Positions 49,335 through 57,255 of a stretch of 64,000 nucleotides of DNA are shown here, one piece after another. Each line of letters opens with the position of its first letter. The first letter of the stretch is position 1. The notes below the pieces were generated by a model, which saw nothing but the letters and a program-made list of their open reading frames with translations, was not told where the DNA came from and made no database searches. Made by a program: the position numbers and the translations under genes. This DNA is from an uncultured Acidobacteriota bacterium (GTDB lineage Bacteria > Acidobacteriota > Thermoanaerobaculia > Multivoradales > JBCCEF01), in assembly GCA_963843275.1 (NCBI GenBank), contig CAWJJM010000011.1, positions 133,756 through 197,755 of the forward strand. Reading direction: 5' to 3'.

Positions 49335-50999
49335 TCACCGGTGAGCGGACCGGGCCGGAGGCACCCCGCCTTCGCCGCGCCGCCGCAGGGCCCAGGCCGC
49401 AGCGGCCGCCAGGACGAGGGCGAGCGCGACCAGGCCCGACCGCCCGAGCGCCGGGATCTCGAGGACCGACGCTGCCGTCACCACGACGCAGGCGGAGAAC
49501 TCGGAGCTGTCGCCGGTGGGGTCGGAGACGCTGGCCACGGCGGTGACGAACCAGCCGGGGGGCACGGCCGGAAGGGAAACGTCGATCGGCCCGCTGCCGG
49601 AGCCGTCGGTGGAGACCTGCGCGAAGCCCAGGTACTGCTCGCCCTCGCCGAAGCCGGACGGATCGCAGGCGGAGCTGGCGTAGAAGGAGACCAGGAAGGG
49701 ACGGCCGGGATCCGACTCGAGGAGGCCGGTGACGGCCGTGACGCCGCCGCTCGCGACGGCGCTCGCCAGCTCCGGGTAGTTCTGGAGGTGGTTGTGGCCA
49801 CCGTCGCCGTCGCCCGGGTCGTTCGCCGTCACGCCGTCGTCGCCGAGGTCGATCCCCAGCCCGTCGTTGGCGAAGATGCGGTTGCCGCGGAAGGTGTTCT
49901 GGAGGTTGTCGACGGCGCCGGCGACGGCGATGCCGGCGCCGTGGTTGAAGGCGATGACGTTGGCCTGCTCGGGCTGCAGGCCGCCGACGACGTTGCCGTC
50001 GCAGCTGCCGCCGCTGGTGCCGATGTGGACGCCGTCGGAGCCGTTCGGGATCGGCACGGTCCCCGTCGCATCGGTGCCGATGAAGTTGCCCTGGATGACG
50101 GCCGAATCGGCGCCGAGGCCGATGAGGATCCCGCGCGAGGCGTTGCCGGAGATGACGTTCCCCTCGCCCGCCGCGCTCCCCCCGACGAGGTTGTACGCCG
50201 AGGCGAGACCGTCGATGCTGAGACCGACGAAGTTCGGCAGCGCCGTGAGCCCGTCGGCGCCGACGCCGATGAAGTTGCCGAGGACCCGGTCGTCGCTCGT
50301 GTTGCTGGCGAGCGACACGCCGTGCTGCGGGCTGCCGGCGAGGAGGTTGCGATCGGCCGGGTCGGCGCCGCCGATCCGGTGGCCCGACCCGCCGAGCACC
50401 GCGACGTTCGAGCCCCCGTTGCCGAACGCCGTGGTCCCGGCGGGATCGGTGCCGAGGAAGTTGCCGGCGATCACGCAGTCGTCGGCACCGTCGAGGACGA
50501 TGCCGGCGCCGCCGGGGCTCGAGCCGCCGAAGACGAAGCGGTTGATCACCAGCCCGCGCAGGGTGCTGCCGCTGCCGCCGGCATCGACCGACAGGCCGAC
50601 GCTCCCGGACCCCGCCGCCGAACCGTCGATCTCGATCAGCAGCACCGCGTCGTCGCTCGCCGACCGGGTGTTGGCGCTCGCCCCCGGCTGGCTGGTGCCG
50701 TCGATCGTCATCGGCACGCTGACCGCCGGCAGCGGGCTGGCGGGCTGCAGGGTGTGGACGCCGGCGCCGGGGATGGCGAACTCGATCCGGTCGTCCGTGC
50801 CGTAGGCCCCGACGGCCACGACGTCCGGGTCGACCGCGCTGCCGAGGTCGAGCGACAGCAGCGCCTCGCGCAGGGTGACGACGCCGTCGGTCGCGACGCC
50901 GTCGCCGCCGCTGGTCACGGTGACCGTCGCCGCCCGGGCGCCGATGCCCCCGAGAAGCGCCGGAAGAACGAGCAGACCTGCGAGCACCGCCCGCCTCAT
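49335..50999 (-). CDS. Secreted right-handed parallel beta-helix repeat protein (CSLREA-like N-terminus) with IPTL-CTERM-like sorting signal
   Basis: Trimmed to the ATG at 50999 (SD GAGGAGG; signal peptide MRRAVLAGLLVLPALLGGIGARA). ...GVVTLREALL..., repeated GNF(I/L)G(T/V)(D/G)..G units, ...NHLQNYPEL.... C-terminus ...VLEIPALGRSGLVALALVLAAAAAWALRRR... Confidence 0.82.
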   Translation of the reverse strand: MRRAVLAGLLVLPALLGGIGARAATVTVTSGGDGVATDGVVTLREALLSLDLGSAVDPDVVAVGAYGTDDRIEFAIPGAGVHTLQPASPLPAVSVPMTIDGTSQPGASANTRSASDDAVLLIEIDGSAAGSGSVGLSVDAGGSGSTLRGLVINRFVFGGSSPGGAGIVLDGADDCVIAGNFLGTDPAGTTAFGNGGSNVAVLGGSGHRIGGADPADRNLLAGSPQHGVSLASNTSDDRVLGNFIGVGADGLTALPNFVGLSIDGLASAYNLVGGSAAGEGNVISGNASRGILIGLGADSAVIQGNFIGTDATGTVPIPNGSDGVHIGTSGGSCDGNVVGGLQPEQANVIAFNHGAGIAVAGAVDNLQNTFRGNRIFANDGLGIDLGDDGVTANDPGDGDGGHNHLQNYPELASAVASGGVTAVTGLLESDPGRPFLVSFYASSACDPSGFGEGEQYLGFAQVSTDGSGSGPIDVSLPAVPPGWFVTAVASVSDPTGDSSEFSACVVVTAASVLEIPALGRSGLVALALVLAAAAAWALRRRGEGGVPPARSAHR

Positions 51000-51098
51000 G
51001 TCGCGCACCTCCTCACACACCGGTTCGAGACAGAGAGAGGGCTGCGGAGCGCGACTTGCTCACCTCCCGTCGCCGGTCCCGGGGCGGAGGAGTCCTCG

Positions 51099-51797
51099 TC
51101 ATCGGGGTGCCGGCGCCCGCGATCCGACGAACCGCCGGCGACGCCCGCGCAGGCGGAGCAATCCGTGCCCGGCGAGCAGGCTCACCAGAGCGAGCAGGCC
51201 CCAGGGGCCGACGGCGGGGACCGCCGCCGCCAGGGCGGGGGAGCCGGGCTCGACCCCCAGGCGGTACGGTGGAGGAAAGCTGGCGCCGAACCCGGGGTCG
51301 ACCGGCACCCCGACCAGCAGGTCCGCCGTCACCGGGAACAGGATGCAGCTCTGGGTCGAAACCTGCCAGGCGTAGGACACCGTCAGCAAGCTCGGCGGCA
51401 CGGTCGGGTCGATGCGGTAGAGCGTCTCTCCGCCGCCATCGGTGAGGAAGAAGGGCGTCGAGGAGAACTTGAGCTCGGGAGGCCCGCTCTGGGTCAGCAG
51501 CGAGGGGAAGACGTGGGGGGGACCGACGCAGTCGCTCTCTGCGTAGAAGGACTCGAAGGTCAGGTTCTCGTTGCGCACCGCAGCGATGCCGGTCTCGCCG
51601 TCGACGCTCAGGGTGGTGAGCGCCAGCGACGCGCTCATGATGGTGCTGGTCGGCGAGTCCTCCCGTTCGAAGTCGACGACCCGCCCGAGCGTCTCTCCGT
51701 TCGACGCCCGGACGACCGCGCTGCCCGCCGGGAGAACCTGTGCCGTGGCGCCCCCGCCCCACAGGGCGAGCACCGCCAGGATTGCGACCCTCTTCAT
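51099..51797 (-). CDS. Small secreted hypothetical protein with IPTL-CTERM-like sorting signal
   Basis: Trimmed to the ATG at 51797 (SD AAGGAGG; signal peptide MKRVAILAVLALWGGGATA). C-terminus ...AAAVPAVGPWGLLALVSLLAGHGLLRLRGRRRR... Confidence 0.72.
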   Translation of the reverse strand: MKRVAILAVLALWGGGATAQVLPAGSAVVRASNGETLGRVVDFEREDSPTSTIMSASLALTTLSVDGETGIAAVRNENLTFESFYAESDCVGPPHVFPSLLTQSGPPELKFSSTPFFLTDGGGETLYRIDPTVPPSLLTVSYAWQVSTQSCILFPVTADLLVGVPVDPGFGASFPPPYRLGVEPGSPALAAAVPAVGPWGLLALVSLLAGHGLLRLRGRRRRFVGSRAPAPR

Positions 51798-51938
51798 TGC
51801 AGCCTCCTTTCTCACCCGCGATCCCGGGACGGCGGCACCGACCGCCGGCAGGACGGCCAGCCATCCGGGCTCCGGCTGGCTCGTGAGCCCTCGCGGGCAC
51901 CCGCTCCTCGGCAGGTCCCGTCTCCGAGAGAGGGGGGT

Positions 51939-51964
51939 GGAGCCCGACCTGCTCACCTCACGTC
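51939..51964 (+). promoter_or_regulatory. Candidate ECF-type promoter (GGAGCC-16 nt-CGTC) upstream of the CHAT gene
   Basis: tGGAGCC cgacctgctcacctca CGTC, ending 14 nt before the ATG at 51979. Resembles the generic ECF GGAAC-N16/17-CGTC architecture. There is no SD and no TAnnnT element here. Confidence 0.25.
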
Positions 51965-51978
51965 GCCGCCCCACCGGG

Positions 51979-54900
51979 ATGAGATACTGGGAGCCACCCT
52001 TGAAGGCCTCGCTCCAGACGGTCGTCCGCGCCGCCCTGGCGGCTCTGCCGGGGCTCGGCCTGGCCCTGGCGCTGAGCGCCTGCGGCGGCGGTTCCGAGGG
52101 ACTGCTCGTCACCGCTTGCGAACCCTGGGGAGCGGCGAGCCGGTCGGGGGTCGAGATCGGCGATCGGTTGGTCGGTTGGCGGAGCGGCGGCCAGGTCGGC
52201 CGGCTGCGCACGCCACTCGATCTCTTCGTCGTCGAGATCGAGCAGGGCCTGGACGGCCCGGTCACGCTCGAGGTCGACCGCCGTGGTCACCGCCGCCTGC
52301 TCCGCCTCGACGGCGGAGCCTGGGATCTCGAGACCCGAACGGGCGGTGGCGACGCCGACCCTCCCGGGGAGGGCTCGGATCACACCCTCCGGCGGCTCCG
52401 CGCGCAGGCCGCCGCCGCCGCGGCGGCGGCCGACCCCCGGCTCGCCGCCTGGTGGCACGTGGCCGAGGGCGACCTGCTGACCGGGGCTGGGCGCTTCGCC
52501 GAGGCGGGGCGCGCCTACGCCCAGGCCCGGCACGAGAGCGCCGGACCGGCGGCGAGGGCGGCCGTCGACGACTGGCAGGCCCGGCGGCTGATCGCCGCCG
52601 GCAGGCTCGACGACGCGGCGGCGGCGGAGCGCCGCGCCCTCCACCTGCGCGCGGGGCGGGACCCCGGCGGCGCCGCGGTCGCGGTCTCCCTCTACCAGCT
52701 CGGCCGCATCGCCGCGCGCCGCCAGCGCTGGGACGACGAGGCGAAGCTGACCCGTGCCGAAGCGATCCTCCTTGCGATGCCGCGCGGCCGCGAGCTGCTG
52801 GCCGAGGTCCTCAACCTGCGCGGCATGATGGCCTGGGGCCGGCGTGACCTCGACGCGGCCGCCGGCCACTACCGGGCGGCCGCGTCGCTCCTCGCCGGCC
52901 TCGGCCGCGAGAACCCGCTGCGCGCCAATCTCCTGGGCAACCTCGGGCTCGTCGCCGAGCTGCGCGGCGACATGGGCGAGGCGGCCGGGTTGTTCGCCGC
53001 CGCGGCGGCCCTGCACGCCCGGGTCGACCCGGAGAGCGTCGACGCCGCCTACGCGTACAACTACCTCGGCATCCTGGCCAAGCAGAAGGGCGACCTGGCC
53101 GCCGCCGAGCACTGGTACCGGCGCGCCGAGGCGGTCTTCGAGGTGGCGCTTCCCGACGGCGTGGAGACCGCCGGGATGCTCAACAACCTGGGCAACCTGG
53201 CCCTGCGACGCGGCGAGCTGGCCGCCGCGGAGCGCCTCCACCGTCGGGCGCTGGCGGTTCGCCAGCGAATCGTGCCGGGAACGGCCGACCACGCGGCGAG
53301 CCTGCAGAACCTCGGTCAGGTGCTGGAGCTCGAGGGCGAGACCGAACGCGCCGAGCCCTACCTGGTCGAGGCCCGGGCGATCAAGGCCCGGGTGGTCCCG
53401 GACAGCCTCGACTACTCCAACGCCCTCACCGCCCTCGGCCGTCTGCGCCAGGACCAGGGGCGGCTCGACGAGGCCGAGTCCCTCCACCGCGAGGCGCTGG
53501 ACCTGCGCCGCGCGGTGGCGGAGGGGCGCTGGGAATGGGCGGAGAACCTCTTCTTCCTCGGGGAGATCGCCCTCGCCCGCGGAGACCGGGGCGACGCCGA
53601 GAAGCTCTGGCGTCAGGCGGTCGACGGGATCGAGCAGAACCGCGAGCGCCCCGAGTGGGACCCGGAGGAGCGCTCCGGCTTCGCCGCCCCCTTCCAGCGC
53701 TACTACCGGCGGCTGGCGGCGCTGCTGGCGGCCGGCGGCCGTGCGCGCGAGGCCTTCGAGCTGCTGGAGAGCGCCCGCGCCAGGGCGCTGCGCAGCCTGC
53801 TCGCGGCACGCCGGCTACGCCACCCCGCCGGTCTGACGGCGCCGCGGGCGGCACGGCGCGACGCCCTCCGGGAGGCGCAGGGCAGGCGGCTCGACGAGAT
53901 CGCGGCCGCGCTCGGCGAGGGCGCGGTGCTGCTCGCCTACTCGGTGGCCGAGGACGGCACCCTGCTCTTCGTCGTCGCCGGTGGGACGGCCCGTGCGCCG
54001 CAGGTCCACCGCATCCCGGCCGGGGAGGAAGAGCTGCGCTCGCGGGTGGCGATCTTCCGCGCCCTGGTCGAACGCGGGCGCCGGGGCGGCGCGGTGGTCG
54101 AGCCGGCGCTCCTCGCCCAGGGCCGCTGGCTCTACGAGCGCCTCGTCGCTCCCGCCGAGAACGCCCTCGCCGGCGCCGAGCGCATCGTGATCGTCCCCGA
54201 CGGGCCGCTCTTCTCGCTGCCCTTCGCCGCCCTGGTGCGCCGCCGCCGGCCGACGGTGGCCTGGCTGGGGGGCTGGCGGCCGCTCAGCATCGTCCCCGCG
54301 GCCGGTGTCCTGGTCGAGCTCGGCCCGGCCGGCCGCAGGGCCCGCCCGCCGCGCCGGCTCGTCGCCTTCGCCGACCCGGTCTACCCGCCGGGCGGGCTGG
54401 CGCCCCTGCCGGGGACGCGCTCGGAGGTCTCCCGCCTCGCGCCCCTCTTCCCGGGCAGCCTCGTCTACCTGGGGCGCGACGCCACCGAGGACCGCCTGGG
54501 GGCCTTGCCGTCGTCCCCGCTCATCCTCCACCTCGCCGTCCACGGACTGCTCGACGAGCGCTTCCCGCTGGAGTCGGCGCTGGCGTTCTCGACCCCCGCG
54601 GCGGCGGCGCCGGCGCGTGAGGACGGTCTGCTCCACGCCTGGGAGGTGCCCGAGCGGCTCGATCTCGACGCCGACCTCGTGGTGCTCTCCGCGTGCGATT
54701 CGGGCCGTGGACGCGAGCTGCCGGGGGAGGGGATCCTGGGGCTCGCCCGCGCCTTCCAGATCGCCGGCGCCCGCGCCGTGCTGGCCTCCCAGTGGGCGGT
54801 CGCCGACCGCTCGACCGGCGAGCTGATGGTCCGCTTCTACCGCCACCTCGCGGCCGGCCGGTCCGCCGCCGCCGCCCTCGCCGCCGCACAGCGCGAGCTG

Positions 54901-54990
54901 GCCGACGGCGACGCCGACGGCGCCGGCCTCGCCGCGGCCCGGCACCCCTTCGCCTGGGCCGGCTTCCAGCTCGTCGGCGACGGCAACTGA
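51979..54990 (+). CDS. Lipoprotein with PDZ-like domain, TPR repeats and C-terminal CHAT (caspase-like, clan CD) peptidase domain
   Basis: Track ORF 51571..54990 trimmed to the ATG at 51979. Lipobox ...GLALALSAC. PDZ-like ...GVEIGDRLVGWRS...VTLEVDRRG. At least 7 TPR-like units (e.g. NYLGILAKQKGDLAAAEHWYRRAEAVF, NNLGNLALRRGELAAAERLHRRALAV). CHAT His ...ILHLAVHG... and Cys ...LVVLSACDSGRG... Confidence 0.85.
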   Translation: MRYWEPPLKASLQTVVRAALAALPGLGLALALSACGGGSEGLLVTACEPWGAASRSGVEIGDRLVGWRSGGQVGRLRTPLDLFVVEIEQGLDGPVTLEVDRRGHRRLLRLDGGAWDLETRTGGGDADPPGEGSDHTLRRLRAQAAAAAAAADPRLAAWWHVAEGDLLTGAGRFAEAGRAYAQARHESAGPAARAAVDDWQARRLIAAGRLDDAAAAERRALHLRAGRDPGGAAVAVSLYQLGRIAARRQRWDDEAKLTRAEAILLAMPRGRELLAEVLNLRGMMAWGRRDLDAAAGHYRAAASLLAGLGRENPLRANLLGNLGLVAELRGDMGEAAGLFAAAAALHARVDPESVDAAYAYNYLGILAKQKGDLAAAEHWYRRAEAVFEVALPDGVETAGMLNNLGNLALRRGELAAAERLHRRALAVRQRIVPGTADHAASLQNLGQVLELEGETERAEPYLVEARAIKARVVPDSLDYSNALTALGRLRQDQGRLDEAESLHREALDLRRAVAEGRWEWAENLFFLGEIALARGDRGDAEKLWRQAVDGIEQNRERPEWDPEERSGFAAPFQRYYRRLAALLAAGGRAREAFELLESARARALRSLLAARRLRHPAGLTAPRAARRDALREAQGRRLDEIAAALGEGAVLLAYSVAEDGTLLFVVAGGTARAPQVHRIPAGEEELRSRVAIFRALVERGRRGGAVVEPALLAQGRWLYERLVAPAENALAGAERIVIVPDGPLFSLPFAALVRRRRPTVAWLGGWRPLSIVPAAGVLVELGPAGRRARPPRRLVAFADPVYPPGGLAPLPGTRSEVSRLAPLFPGSLVYLGRDATEDRLGALPSSPLILHLAVHGLLDERFPLESALAFSTPAAAAPAREDGLLHAWEVPERLDLDADLVVLSACDSGRGRELPGEGILGLARAFQIAGARAVLASQWAVADRSTGELMVRFYRHLAAGRSAAAALAAAQRELADGDADGAGLAAARHPFAWAGFQLVGDGN

Positions 54991-55136
54991 GCCGGCGGCG
55001 CGGCCGCACCCGGCTCGGCCGGCGGCGGCCGGTGAGCAAACCGCGCCGCCCCCGCCTCTACCGGGGATGGACCCACCGCTTCGCGGGCCGGCCGCCGCCG
55101 GTCGCGCGAGCCGTGGCGAACCGACGAGGAGCGCCC

Positions 55137-57176
55137 ATGGACCGCCGCCGACAGATCCCGGAGCGACGAGGCCGCGGGGAGCGCCGCCGCCGCCCGCGGC
55201 GGGTCGGCTGCGCCGTCGCCGCCCTGGCGCTCGCCGGGGCCGGCCTCCCGCGCAGCGCCGCCGCCGACACCGTCTACGCCGATCCCGCGGGCGCCTGCGC
55301 CACGCTCACCCCCTGTTTCACCACCCTGCAGGCGGCGATCGACGACGTCCACGCGCCCGGCACGGTGGGGCTCTTCCCGGGCACCTACGCCGAGAGCGTC
55401 GACCTCGACACCATGGGCTCGTCCGTGGGTGGCGGGCCCGGCGACCTGACCCTGCAGGCGCTCGACGCCGGCGGTTCGCCGGCCACCGGCGGGGTGACGA
55501 TCGATCCCGGCGCGTCGGGCGGACCGGGGACCGGACGAGCGATCCACGGCGGGCTGCTGGTCGCCTTTCCCGGCGACCTCGTGGTGCACGGGATCGGACT
55601 GACGTCTCCCGACAGCGGCGGCGTGGTGGTGGTCACCGACGGCGGCGTGGAGCTCGCCGACGTCGTGATCCAGAGCTGCGCCGACAACGGTGGAACGCTC
55701 CTCGCCCAGGGTCCGGTCTCCCTGACGCGGCTGGTCGCCTTCCTCAACGCCGGCTCAGGCCTGGGCGCCCTCGGCTCCGCGGTCACGGTGGACGACGCCA
55801 CGGCCGACCGCAACCAGGGGACCGGCCTGGTGGTCGCGAGCGACGGAGCGGTGGTCGCCCACGGCATCCATGCCGCCGGCAACGGCGGGAGCGGCCTCTC
55901 CACCCTCTCCTGCACCTCCGTCGAGGTCGAGGACGTGGTCACCGACGACAACGATCTCAACGGCACCGAGGTCGTCGTCGATGCGGGGAGCGGTTGCACC
56001 CCGGGCGGGCTCGCCGCCAGCGCCGCGGCCTCACAGGTCGGCCGCACCCCGGGCTTCGCCGGCGCGCTCGGCGCCGTCGGAACCGCGCCCCGCAGGGTCT
56101 CGGCGCCTGCCAGCGTCGTGGTGGTGGCGTCGATCCACCACCTCTCGGCGACCGGCAACGGCGGGGTGGGAGCCGGGGCCCAGGCGGTCTCCGGCGGCGA
56201 CCCGCTGGGCGGCATCGAAGCCGACGACGTCACGGCGGCCGGCAACGCCAGCCGGGGGCTCGTCCTGGTGGGCGACGACGTCCGGCTCTCGAACGCCACC
56301 CTGACCGGGAACCTGACCGGCACCCTGGTCGCCGGCGTCACGGTGACGGTCTCCCAGGTCGTGGCGAGCGACAACGCCCCGGGGACCTACACGCCCCCGG
56401 ACGAAGGGTCCGGCCTGGCGGTCGCCACCTCCGGCGCCGCCGAGCTCAACGACGTGGTGGCCGAGCGCAACGCCTTCGCGGGCCTGGTGCTGAGGACCTT
56501 CGACGGGCCCTCACCGGCGGGCCCCTACCGGATCGCCGGTGGCCGCTTCGCCGCCAACGCGGTCGGGATCGGCTCGTTCGGAGACGGCGAGGTCGTCGTC
56601 GCGATCGACGGCAGCGAGGTCGCCGACAACGGTGCGGCCGGGATCGCGCTGCCCAAGCTGCGGAGCGGGATCGTGCACGCCACCCTCGCCACCGGCAACG
56701 TGGCCGGGATCACCGCCGGCGTCGAGGGCCTCCTCGACGTCCGTGCCTCGGAGGTGTCCGGCAACCAGGAGGGTCTCGTCCTGGCGGTGCAGCCCGACGC
56801 CGTCGCCCGGATCCTGTGCTCGAACGTGCGCGACAACGTCCCCGGTGCCGGTCTCGAGCTGTTCGATGGGAGCGCGGTCGACGCCCGCGCCGACTTCTGG
56901 GGCGACCCCTCCGGGCCGACCCATCCGGACAATCCCGGAGGCGTCGGCGACGAGGTGGTGGACGGCGCCAACGGCGGCGTCGGCAGCGTCGACTTCTCCG
57001 CCTTCCTTGGGGCGGCGGCCACGGCGGACGACTGCCCCGCGATCTCCGCCGTCGAGATCCCCACCGCGGGCGCCTCCGGGCTGCTGGCGCTGGCGGGGCT
57101 GCTGGCGCTCGCCGGGCTCTCCGTCCTCGCCGGGCACCGCCGCCGGACGGGGGCCGAGGGGCGCGGCGCGCCCTAG
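55137..57176 (+). CDS. Secreted right-handed beta-helix repeat protein with IPTL-CTERM-like sorting signal
   Basis: Track ORF 54693..57176 trimmed to the ATG at 55137 (SD GAGGAG; Arg-rich n-region plus VGCAVAALALAGAGLPRSAAA). ...CFTTLQAAIDDVHAPGTVGLFPGTYAESVDL..., many ...N.G.GL.V... coils. C-terminus ...SAVEIPTAGASGLLALAGLLALAGLSVLAGHRRR... Confidence 0.8.
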   Translation: MDRRRQIPERRGRGERRRRPRRVGCAVAALALAGAGLPRSAAADTVYADPAGACATLTPCFTTLQAAIDDVHAPGTVGLFPGTYAESVDLDTMGSSVGGGPGDLTLQALDAGGSPATGGVTIDPGASGGPGTGRAIHGGLLVAFPGDLVVHGIGLTSPDSGGVVVVTDGGVELADVVIQSCADNGGTLLAQGPVSLTRLVAFLNAGSGLGALGSAVTVDDATADRNQGTGLVVASDGAVVAHGIHAAGNGGSGLSTLSCTSVEVEDVVTDDNDLNGTEVVVDAGSGCTPGGLAASAAASQVGRTPGFAGALGAVGTAPRRVSAPASVVVVASIHHLSATGNGGVGAGAQAVSGGDPLGGIEADDVTAAGNASRGLVLVGDDVRLSNATLTGNLTGTLVAGVTVTVSQVVASDNAPGTYTPPDEGSGLAVATSGAAELNDVVAERNAFAGLVLRTFDGPSPAGPYRIAGGRFAANAVGIGSFGDGEVVVAIDGSEVADNGAAGIALPKLRSGIVHATLATGNVAGITAGVEGLLDVRASEVSGNQEGLVLAVQPDAVARILCSNVRDNVPGAGLELFDGSAVDARADFWGDPSGPTHPDNPGGVGDEVVDGANGGVGSVDFSAFLGAAATADDCPAISAVEIPTAGASGLLALAGLLALAGLSVLAGHRRRTGAEGRGAP

Positions 57177-57255
57177 ACGGACCCTCTCCGCCGTCCGGCG
57201 GCAGCCGTGGTGAGCGCCGGTCCGGAGCGCGCACCCGGGTGGCGGGTGGCCGCGG

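Noticed and set aside
51099-51797. 232-aa protein next to a caspase-like protease as a bacterial gasdermin.
   Set aside because: It has a cleavable signal peptide and a C-terminal membrane-anchor/sorting signal. It is divergently transcribed from the CHAT gene and shows no gasdermin-like features that I can recognise.
51979-54990. TPR-CHAT protein as a CRISPR type III-E Craspase (Csx29-like) component.
   Set aside because: There is no CRISPR array, gRAMP/Cas7-11 or other cas gene in the window. The protein has a lipoprotein signal peptide and a PDZ domain, so it should act outside the cytoplasm.
46546-57255. Direct repeats (att-like) at the borders of the hyuB-hyuA intervening block.
   Set aside because: The only shared string found by eye is CCGGAGCGC (9 nt), which is not significant at this GC content. 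There is no integrase or tRNA, so a recent mobile-element insertion is not supported.
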